Positions 41,101-53,200 of a DNA stretch of 64,000 nt are shown one piece after another. Where the stretch lies: positions 5,768,001 through 5,832,000 of the forward strand of contig NC_087252.1 of assembly GCF_037042905.1 (NCBI RefSeq), read 5' to 3'. The notes beneath the pieces were generated by a model. It did no database searches. It saw nothing but the letters and a program-made list of their open reading frames with translations, and had not been told where the DNA came from. The DNA comes from Lytechinus pictus (taxonomy: Eukaryota). How positions within the stretch are numbered: position 1 is the first letter of the stretch; every line of letters starts with the position of its first letter. Position numbers and translations under genes: made by a program.

Positions 41101-44100
41101 CGTATTACAAATATCGCATTCCACGCCTTGTCCTGAGGTCGTCCTGACCCTAGTGGAAAAATAAAAGGGGTTTTTACAAACACAGCTCTTGGCAGAACGC
41201 GACGTTTTTTACAAGTCAAGCGTTATCTGGAAATGAAACTGGTAGAATTAAGATGAAAAATTAGCATAGTTATCTGGACTGGTGATTTCCTCGGTTGGTT
41301 GGTTAAAAACACAAAATGTCACTACTCTAGGTGACACCCCACTCGCGCATACAAACACACACACACACACACATGTACATAACATGCGGCAGATGTCTTA
41401 TTTTGATAAACTTTCATGTTAAATCGCAAAATCGCATTTTATATTTCCATACCGACGCTGTTTAGGGACATACTGTACACGTTCATATAATCTAGTAATA
41501 GATTTGAGTGATAACGAGCTTTTTTTTTTTGGGGGGGGGTACCATAACTCGAAATGAAAATACCACCATTACCATTATGATATTTTCTTTTGCCATAATT
41601 TCCATTATCACCACAACCATGACCACCATGGCAACCATTATTGTTTACTAAAGTTTGCTTGATCTTTCATGTTGCAGGTGTTGATGGAAACGTTGTACTG
41701 GAGACCTTTGGAGTTTACTGGGTGGTTTGGTGCATGCGATGTGGTTACGACGCCCTCTTTCGGGCACTCGGGGCAACGCTGTCTGATTTCATGGCGAACT
41801 TGGATTTCTTACACAGTGTCTACATGAAGACCCTTTATCCAAAGATGACAGTTCCATCATTCAGAGTAGAAGAATTAGAGAACGACGAAATGATTCTTCA
41901 TTATTACTCAAACCGTAGAGGTCTTGGCAGCATTGTTTATGGTAAAAACCTAAATGTTTGTTATGATTTCATAAAAAAGAGTGCAATGTTAGCTGGCAGT
42001 AGAGTGCATGAAAAACGATAACAATTTCTGTAATGCACACATTTGAGGCTCATCTAATCAAATTGTTCCTTCTGATTGAATCATATGCATTCCGGTTGCT
42101 CATTCGGCTTGAATTAGAAAATTGGTTTAAAAAAAGCAATGGGGTTTCTTTTAGACAAGGGAGGGAGGGGGGGGGGGGTCTATGATGCAAGAACATTACG
42201 CACACCGGTCATTCTTGTAAAATAGAGACCTGTCACGGCTCACTCCCTTCTAGGTGTCAAAATGTGAATTAAAACGAAGTCACATCGATAAACATGATAA
42301 AGGAATCACACAACACTAATGAGCATCAATTGATTCTTTTATGTGATTTGTACAACGGTATTTTTCAAAATTGATTTTCGTTTAAAGGATGCGTGAAAGC
42401 GGTTGGAAGAATCATCTTTAACACGGAAGTGGAGATTGAACTTCTGTCACATGACCAGGCAGAGTATTGCGGGATACTAAAAGATCACTACAAGTATCAC
42501 GTGTGTTTCGTCAAGTTCGATCTAGCTCCGTTAGGTACTGATGGAATCGTTACGGAAGAGGTAACACAATCTATGGATTTTCTTTTTGATGGCTGGATGG
42601 AAATACGAATAATTAAAAACCGTATCTTGAATTAGGATTCCGAATTTAATTTTTAAGCATATTTCTCATCGAAATTCATTGGGAATAATATTGATTATTT
42701 TAGAATGAAATTTATGACAGAATGTTTAAGGATGAACATGTAAAATGTCAATCATAAAAAAAGAAAAATAAAAAAAATTAACATTGCGACAATACATGCA
42801 ATATGCTAGTATATATCCCTCTTATGAGTATTCATGAGTATCAAAACGATTGATCAATTCGTGATCAGGGGGCAAAGTATAATTTCAATAGGAAAGAAAA
42901 GCTCCGTATAGTTTTCTTGTAGCTCCGTTTATTTGTTGATATACTTTCATGGGCAGAATTGCGCATGCTCATGCTCGACATTTTCTCTCAACGTTAAACT
43001 GCGCATGCTCCCTGACTTTACCCGATCCCCATCATCAGCAAAAAATACAAATAAAATAAAGTAAAGAACAAGCTCTCGCTCAAACTAATTAGCGACAATC
43101 TGGAGAAAAAAACAGCGTGGAATCGTGTCTAGATTATCATACAAAAAACATGATTCCGACGGCCGTTCGTACAGGATCCTTTAATTTGGAACAGACATAC
43201 CTAACAAGGTGAGTCAATATCCAATAATTCTTAGAGCATATATTAAGCGTACGCGTATTTAGACCACTGCAGCAACGGCCAACGCAACGCAACGTACTTC
43301 TCACTACTAAGAGCAGTCGGGTAGAAGCCTCGCGCAGCATACCCGGGAACTGTTTAGCAATGGCTCGACAGGCCTAGGGTAGGACTAGGTCCGACAATGT
43401 TGGTGGGTGGGGTGGGGGATTTTTTTACCTGATTGCTAAGAAAGCATGAATGCTTGTAAGCAAGCAACCACAGGACCAACGGGTTAAGGTCCTCTCCGAA
43501 GGACCTGGTAATGATGATGAATGTCTTACCAAAGGGCACCAGCGCACCAAGTGGGAATCGAACCCGGGTCACCGGAATACGAATCCCCGGTCTACCGACT
43601 GAGCTATCGCGCCTCCTTAAGTGCGAGTCCAACCTCGGATAAATAATTCCCACTATACTTTCTCAAAGCCTGATATATTTGTATAATATCCAAATAAAAA
43701 AATCGAAAAAAAAATAAATAATTAGAAGTCAAAGGAAAAACGTCCATTGCAATAATATGCCCTGATACTAAATGAACATTAATAAATGTGTACTCATTCG
43801 TGTTAATGCTAAGATTTATATAATCGTGAGTAGTTGATAATTACCTTTTAATACTGAATTTGTGTTTCACCGTTAATCATTGTCTTCATAAATTTGCTAT
43901 TTTGTTCTAATATCATATTCATTTAGGAATACAACACGACTTAGCATCATTGTCAATCGTCTGAAGAGTTTACAGGCGTGTATATAGGCTGTTTAAAATA
44001 GTTTACTTTGCTAACAACTGGGGAAACGTTATCTTTAAAGATTATTAACACATTTCGATATTATGTATTAATCTAAATATGTTTGTTATGTTATAGGAAT

Positions 44101-47100
44101 GGACATCCATTGTTGATGGAACATCACATCTTATTGGTGGCGGTGGGTCTCGTCCACATAGCCATGATTCGATGAAGAAGGACTTCGTACGTGTTGGATC
44201 GGCCAAACGATGTCCTTTCTCAGGAATGGATATCGGAATGTTAGATAACAACATAACAGAGGGAAAGGTGTCCAGGGATAAAAGCCTCCCGGAGATTTCC
44301 GAAAAACGCATCCTGCCGATCAGTCATTTCAAACCGAAAGTCCCAGCAAGGATTCTTCTAGATCCCGAGACATTCTGCAAGACCTTCCCTTACCACATCC
44401 TCTTCAACGGTGACCTGATGATCATGCATTCTGGATCGAAGCTACAACAGTTCTGCCCGTTGATCAACGATGAGGGCGCTAGACTGAGGGATATCTTGAT
44501 TCTTGATCATCCACAAATCGAGTTGACGTCTGAGAATATATTTCTGTTTCTGAACATGATCTTCATGGCAACGCTGAATAAAGAAGCCATGGCACCACAC
44601 ATGCCGGTTGTTTCTCTGAGAGGTATGTATCTGCAACAGTTTTTTGAAAAATGACCGTTTCGTGTTAGGAGTCCAAAGTTATATTAGGCATTGTAATACC
44701 ATGAATACCGTTTCACAATATAATCTTACTGACATACATGTACATGTATATTCCGTGCGTAAAATGTAAACATTTTAATTGGTTCGCAACATACAAATTT
44801 CTTTCTTTCCTGCTTCACGTTCTTTAAACTCTTTCCCCCCTTTTTTTACCGTTCGCTCCTTTTTTTTCTAGGGGATTAATATCAGATGACACAAAAAAGA
44901 AGGACAATTTTTATTGGTTTTGTTAAGAAATGCTCCTTTGCAAAGGTTGGTAAGATTGTTACAGGAAAGAGCATCTGAGCTTAAGAGGAAAAAGAGGGTG
45001 AGATTAAAGATAAATTCCAGTAGTTGCAGTAAACACTGATTTCATGAGAAAGTCTGTAAAACCAGGTTTAATTATCAGTATATCATCGAGGATCTAGATC
45101 TGGTACAGTTACATAAACTGAACTTTGTGAAATCTTGAAATCTACGCTGAAAAATGTTCACATTGAAGATCACAAACACAGATAGGCACACGTGGGACAG
45201 TGTATTATTATTGCTGGAATAAAGACCCGACGGAAGTGACCGAATCCGCGCTTATTTTGCTTATTTCTCAGCAATTACACAATTTCTTCCAGAATCCTTT
45301 GGCACATATTTTTTATTCATACAAACAGACACTTGGGTGGTCATTATATTAGATTCTGTAAAAAGTCATTTTGAGATCGTTACCAAAACTGGAATTTATC
45401 TTTAAAAGATCATTGCAATGTTTTGATGTTTGCGATTGGAAATAGTTGATTATAGGAATAATAATTTGTTCATGATGAAATGGGGACGACATTTAATATT
45501 GAAACGTTGTCGATTCATTTCGTATACTAAAGTCTAAGTAGTATTACCTTGAGAGTCACGATTGAGTGATGGTATGTGATGGCGAGTAGGTGAGATGTGG
45601 AGTATCACTTTGTTAGGTGGATGACATCTGGTCAGGATCAAGGAAACATACATGTAGATTTTTTGAATAACTGACCAAAAGAATACACACACGTCCACAC
45701 CCTCTCTGAAACACACACACATTTGTATATATATATAAACAAAGTGGAAATGTTCTGCTCGGAGTTGGTCAAATAAACAATTCAAAAAGAAAGAAAAACT
45801 CCGTAATGAAAAGTATTTCACGAGTGATTTATTGACTAAGATCAACTTTGAAAATGCGTCAAGATCAACAACAGTAAAGCGTGCACTCTCTCAAGGAGCG
45901 CCCTTGATGTAGGCGCACCCGACAGAGGGGCGCTCTTACGTAACAAGGAAAGAGAGGAGGGAAGGAGGCGATGAAATAAAGGAGAAGGGATAGAGAATAA
46001 ACGAAAGAAATTAAAAGAAAAAGAAAAAGAAAAAAAGAAAAACGGGAAAGCAGAAACAAGAGAGAATGAGAAGCATTTGGAAAAAAGCAAACATAAGAAG
46101 AACAGAGAGTAGAATGAACAGAAAATGGATAAAATAGAGAGAGGGAGAGAGGGAGATAGAGAAGAGAAGGTGAGAGATAGAGGAGAGAGAGGTGGGAGAC
46201 ACAGAGAAGGGGTGAAATAGAAATAGAAAAACAAAAAGAAGAATAAAAGAAAAGAGAGACAAATTTAGGGGCGGAGTGGGAGAAAGAAAATAGAAGAAAA
46301 GGCAAGAATATACCAGCTAAGGAAGAGAAATAGGGAGAGAGAACGAATGAGAAAAAGGGGAGGGGAGAGAGCGAGAGTTAGATATTTAGAAAGAAAAGGT
46401 GACAACAACACACCAGAAAACAAAGAAGCAAGGAAACTTGACAAGAAACTAAGAGTTCATAGGGAAGAAGCGAAAGGCTGCGTTGACTCCGTTTGGTTGG
46501 AGACATCCCAGGCGGTGGATCATACGTTCTTCCCGGATTTTCCTCTCCTCATCTGTACCACCAGAACATCTCACGATGCCACATATTTTGAAGTTGCTGA
46601 TGGAGTGTCCTGGAAGATTGAAATGATGAGCAACTGGAAGTCTTGTGGTGTGAAGTCGGATTGATCGTAGATGTTCATTGGTGCGATCGGCCATCTTCCG
46701 TTTAGTCTCACCGACATATAGCATTTCACATGCGGTGCACACTATGACATAGATCAAGTTGGTGATAGTGCATGTCAAATGATCCCGAACAATCCAGGTA
46801 GACTTAGGTCCCTTGATAGTGGTATCTTGCAGTATGACGTTGCATGCATTACATCTGCTCCTTCCGCATCTCACGGTCCCGTGATTCTCCTCAGTAGTTG
46901 TAGATGTTAATTTGGAATGTACCAGCAGATTGCGGAGGCTCTTGTCTTTCTTATACGCGACCACTGGAGGATTCTTGAATATCTCCCGGTTATTCTCATC
47001 CTCCTTGAGAATGCCCGTCTTATTCATGATGGTTGAGACGATTCTCTCGGTAGACGGATGGTACGTTAGGACCAATGGTACCCGGTCCATGTTCTCTTGC

Positions 47101-49216
47101 TGACGTGGTTGCAAAGTGGCCGTGCGACTTAGGCTGGAAGCTTTCCAAGAAGCTTTATGGATGACTTGCTTTGGATAACCCCTTTGTCGGAAGAACCCTG
47201 TCATTTCTTCGGATCGTTGTCTGAAGTCCTGGTCATCACTGAAAAGACGCCGGAGCCGGGTGAGTAGTGAGAAAGGAATTGATTGTTTGCAGCTGGGTGG
47301 ATGAGATGACGAATAATGTAGGTAGCAGTGAGCATGTGTAGACTTGTAGTGTACACTATAGTTTTAATCTGCTGGCCATCTATCCGAAGTTGAATGTCTA
47401 GAAATGGGAGTGAATCCTCAGAGTTTATGTGAGTGATTTTGAGACACGGATGGAAATCGTTGAAATGAGCAATCAGCTCATTCAGGTCCTCCAAGGGGCA
47501 AAATGCGACTCCTACATAGTCGTCGATGTACCTCTTTAAAATAAGAGGCTGTGGGCCTCGGAAGCTCCTCAAGATTTCCTGTTCGATACAACCGACAAAG
47601 AGGCGTGCGTAGGAAGGTCCCATTTTAGTTCCCATGGCAACTCCTTTCTTCTGCAGATAGAATTCACCATTGAACCGAAAAGCAGCAAGTCTAAGTACCA
47701 ACTCAGTAAGTCGAAGAACAGTAGTATCGTCTGGACGGTCCGGTGATGGAAACTTGTGTAGAAAGTACCTGATAGCTCGGAGACCTTCATTCATCATGTT
47801 CATGGGAATATTAGTGTACAGAGATGAGACATCCATCGTGAAGAGAAGTCGTGGCCCCTGCGAGGGTAGTTGCGTACATATATGTGTGTGTGTGTGTGTG
47901 TGAGTTTGAGAGAGGGTGTGGATGTGTATGTATTATTTTGGTCAGTTATTCACAAAATCTACATGAATGTCTTCTTGATCCTGATATCATATATATATAA
48001 CTTGTTTGAAGATTGTAGGTTCATTAATGATCCATCAGTAAATATTATACGTTATAACATGTAACATTTGTAAAAATAAAAAAAAAACATGATAAAAAAA
48101 TCGCAATATCAACGAACCGCACATTTTTGTTGGTAGATTTGAAAAGTCTCACAACCTGTGGGAGCAGAACAATTCCACGTTTGATCAAAACCTAGGAATT
48201 CGAAAAATAGGTCGGCAACCATGTAAATGAAAAAAATAAAATTTTATGAAAGTGCTATTTTGCACGTATCGAACATTTTGCTTAGCATCGGCCAAAGTCA
48301 AAGATGAAGTGCTGAAGACTTGGAAAATTGTGCTTTGGTTATCCAATAACCTTATTAGCTTGAATGAAATTTAGCTCATTATATGACTTTCACATATTCA
48401 TCGCTTATTTGTGCAATTCGATCGATTAATGGCTGGAATGTTTGAGAAAAAACGTGTTTCTTAAAAACGGCGCCTTTCATTGACGACAATATAACGTCTA
48501 TTTGCCCACTTTAACAGCGGAAGAGCCGTGGCTAAAGCCGAGATTGTAGGGGTTGGATTTCTCAGTCAATCATTGAGTTTGCGCAATTAATTGCCTTCCT
48601 CTGGGAAAAAAACACAAACAATGAAAATATAAATAAAAAAGCTTCCATATTTCTTTATCCTTGCATATTAGTAGGCCCTATGCTAAAACAGATTTCTTCA
48701 CTTTTAACATTTTTACCACTTTGTCATATGTCACGTGATAAAGTGCACTTTACCCATCAATCACTCGCGGTAATGGATGTTTTTGTGTTTCACTGAATGT
48801 GTACTCCATTACACTTTAGATAAAACATTATGTATGCTCAAACTAAAATGTGCCTCTGTTTTGTTTCCGTTTCCTTTACTTATTTATTTTCCATCTTACG
48901 AATTGACGATATAAATTCTTTGTGGCGTTACAATAACCTTGCTTGAGAAAAATATCGACGCGCCAGCAGTGAGTCAACCGTCAACGTTTAGGCCTACCAG
49001 ACATATTTGTCGAAAGTACGGTTCCGCTTATCTCATGAATAATTTATGAAACAGATGTTCGCTTGGCAAGCGATTCGGATATGTATGACTTTATATGGTC
49101 AATTCTACTATTAATATCACCTACTTCTATTACATTATTTTCATTAGTACAAATGCCATTGCATGTACTACTAACATTACCACAACCACCAATACCACTA
49201 CTAGTACTACTACTAA

Positions 49217-49248
<32 letters not shown>

Positions 49249-50186
49249 TGCTACTATTGCTACTACTACTACTACTCCTGCTACTACTACCACAACTACT
49301 ACTACTACTACTACTAATACGACTACTCCTACTACTGTTACTACTACTACTACAATTGCTGCTATTTCAATTACTATTCCTACTATTGCTATACTTTTAC
49401 TTCTACTACTACAAATACATTACAACAAAAACAACAACTACTACTACCAGGGGCGACGGAACCAAGCGGCAGGAGGAGCACTTGCCCCCCCCCCCCCCAT
49501 TCCCCGAAGGAAAAAATGCTTAGAATGGAAAAGGCTTTTTTTATGAAATATGCCCCTTTTTATAATGAAATACCATTTTCGAAAAAAAAAAATTATTTTA
49601 GGTTAGAAAATCACAAAAATTTTGGCTCGCGCTTCAATAAAAAAATATTGTTTTGTAAGGTAGCCATTCTGCTCCTGTTTTAAATAAATACTTAGAATGT
49701 CCAGTTTACAGGTCGGAATATCACAAGTTCGCGCTCGCATTATTCGATTGGTGAGATATGTATCCTATTCATGAGACACTAAGTTCCGTTTTTAACAGGT
49801 TACTTCTCTGGTTAGTATTAACAAATATTAAATGTATTATTACATGAAATGTCCAAAGTTTGAGCTAACGTTTCGCGCTTAACAGATTAGCATTGTGATA
49901 GGCAAAAAGCGAGTTTTACTACCCCAGATTTTTTTTTTCAAACCGCTCGCTCGCTACGCTCGCTTGTGTATGAACCATATTACATATCTTTTCGATCAGC
50001 AATCATTTCAAAATGGCTATGCTCAGCTTAATTACTACAAAAACACACATCTACTTCATGAAGATGATAATCTCATGATAAATAAAATCCGTTTGTACTA
50101 AAATGCCTACTTTGACATATAAGTGCCCTTTTTTGCTTTGCCCCCCAATGAAATTACGTTCCGCAGTCCCTGACCACTTCTACTAT

Positions 50187-50242
<56 letters not shown>

Positions 50243-53200
50243 CTACTACCACTACTAGCACTACAACTATTACAACAACTACTACTACTTCTACTACTCG
50301 AATATTACTCCTACTCCTACTACTACTGCCGCTACTGCTACTATATCATTGTAAATGTTCTCATTTTCTCTGCCTATAGGTCAGATGGTGTGGATGCCAG
50401 AATCCAATCTCTTCGTATTTCTCTGCTCTCCTCAACTCACATCTCTTAATGACCTCCGTGACAGGAAAATGCACTTTTCAGACATCGCATCACATGATCT
50501 CACACGTGACCTGATACTTTTTAATCAACAGAGAATCGCAGAGGTAACTTAATAATATGGACATGGTGGATTTCGAACGTGATACAAGTTTTGGGATAAT
50601 AATTAACGTTGACAAACTGCTCAGAATATCGTCAGTGTTTTTTGTCATTTTTATTTTGAATGAAAGTGCATGATAGAAAACTCAATGACAGAGATAATCA
50701 ACGACCCACAGCCCACGTTTTAGTTGAGACTAGTTAAAGAAATGGAAGTGAATAATTTCTGTCACGTAAAATAATAAGCTATTCGTAAACTTATTGGGTC
50801 CGTTTATACTCTTGACCCTCATCATTAAAAAAGATAAGAAATTCCAGCCTACTTCTAACGCAGATTTGAGATTTTGCTGCGCTTGCATTATTTGTTTGCA
50901 AACAGCAATTTATTGGCAGATGGAAATAAACTTCACATTAAACATTTTTTTTTTTTTTTTTAAATCTGCAAGTGAACGAATAAAGGGAAAAAAAAAATCT
51001 TCTTCTGTTAAATTAACAAAAATACATGCCATAAAAATTATTCCACCCTGACGTTTTTTAATACTATCTTTATTCTGTATTGCAAATTTTAATAGTTTTA
51101 GTAGACAACATACACACGGGCATTGGTAGCTGAAATGAGGTCAGGTGAGACAAATAGTTTCTTTCTAATTGGACATAAAGGTTGAGATGAATGTACATAA
51201 AGAACACAACTCTTTCTCTCTGCACATGCTATATGGCATGGCAATAATAGCATGGCTTGAACGGCAATATGCTTAAAAATATACACGTTTCCGTAATTTT
51301 TTTTTTTTAATAATAATGCAATGTGCGTGAAGACTTCCAAAAAAATACATAGGCCCACAAAACCCCCACAAAAACACCAAATCCATAACCGAATCCATGA
51401 ATATATAACTGTATATGCATAGTTTTTACTCTGTTTTGAAGTTGTTGATATTGTTTTCAGGTTGAGTTAGCAAAGCAGCTCGAACAGAAGAAAGAGGAAC
51501 TGCGCATACTCATGAGAGATCTCGAACTGGAAAAGAAGAAAACCGATACACTTCTGTACTCCATGCTGCCGAAAGAGGTCGCTAATGATCTGAGAGATGG
51601 CAAGAAAGTTGAGGCAGGTTAGTAAACTTGGATTACTAAAATACCCATTTACGTAAATCCTGGTGAAAATTATGCTTGTACTCCGTGCGTAGATACATAC
51701 AATTGTGAAATTCATTTTTTTAATATTCGAAAGAGAAAGGAGAGGGAGCAGTGTCTTCGATGGCTGGTGTATTAAGTAACATTCCATTGTGTTCAGAAAG
51801 ATCAGCAAAAATAAATTGCATATTACCAAACCGAAAATATTAATTAGAGGTTAGTTTAAGAAGGTAGGATGTTGTAATTATCATTCGAGGAATCAAACGA
51901 AAGTTAGCCCGAAAAGAAGAGGGGGGGGGGGGCGGGGTAAAATAAAGCAAACACATATGATTAATAAAAACTTATTTGTCTATATAAATTTGTGTAATTA
52001 TAACGGGGAAGGCAAAAACGAGAAAAAAGACAATTTTTACAATTTTTTTCTCACCTAGAGTGTAGTATATCACCTTTACCGATTATATGTATTATTTTCC
52101 TTTGTTTTATCTTCTGGCGCTCACGTCCGGCATTGATCTTTTTCCACCCTCTCCTTTTTCTTATCTCACGCCCTCTGTAGGTGATTTTCAGCAAGTGACG
52201 ATTTCCTTCAGTGATATTGTCAAATTTACAGATATGTGCTCCCAGTGTGACCCTATACAGATCGTTCACCTTCTCAATGAGATGTACGTTGTGTTTGATG
52301 AACTAACAAGTGTGCACAATGTCTACAAGGTACGTATTGCTCCATACATCTGCATCCCTAACAATAATTATATAATTAGGTGAATGAAAATGAAATAAAC
52401 ACATAGATGTGAATACAAATGAATACGTGATAAATTGAAGGATTCAATAAAGTGGATAAAACAATGATTAGTAAATAAAAAATATAAAATTTGGTCTGAA
52501 AATTGTAGGCAATTAATTATTGGCCTTATTATCCTTGTTGATTATTTATTAAAGATTTAATATTTTTGATGAGCGATAGATGTGCCAATAGAAGAAAAGT
52601 TAGAAAGAAATGCATAAATGCAACTTCCATGTGCATTCTAAGAACCTTCTCTATCTGAAGTGCATTTGAATTCGTTGAAATTAACGCAGCAACGCGAAGC
52701 CGCCGCGTTAAACTATTTGATTAATTAAGCATCATTAACAATGCTATTGTTTTCAGGTTGAAACGATCGGGGATGCGTACATGACGGCAGGAGGATTACC
52801 TATTCCTAATGATACCCATGCTGAACAGGTCACGTGTTTTGGTCTTGGTCAGATTGAAGGAGTCAAGAGCATCTCCTCGCCCGTCACAGGCGAGAAAATA
52901 CAGGTAAAATAATTAAAATAACATGCATATAACACTGCCCATTTCAGAAAAAAAAAATATTTCGAGGTTCGTTAAAAACCCTGTTTTAATTCGGAACTGT
53001 GGTGTACGCATTCACTTCACTTGTGTCGAGTGCTGCACAATGGGGTAAAATTCGTGATGGAAAAAAAGCAACGCAGGTTGCAAGCAACTACCCAGTGTTT
53101 AAAAAGTGAGAGTCATAAGTGTTTGAAAAGTGAGAGTCATAATCAGTAGGCCTCGGCTGTTTTTTTTTTTTTACTTATTCATTAAATTTTTTTTTACAGG

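Noticed and set aside
41932..41940. Assignment as an O2-sensing Gyc88E/GCY-35-type cyclase
   Set aside because: The distal position is Ile, not Tyr, and the coiled-coil and cyclase sequence look beta-2-like.
45470..45512. tgatga...gaaacgttg as a hammerhead ribozyme
   Set aside because: No C before UGA and no helix II; better explained as a short imperfect palindrome.
45842..46305. Phe/Ser/Leu-rich minus-strand ORFs
   Set aside because: CT-rich low-complexity 3' UTR of the Penelope-like element.
49063..49523. Poly-Tyr and poly-Leu ORFs
   Set aside because: (TAC)n microsatellite inside intron 6.
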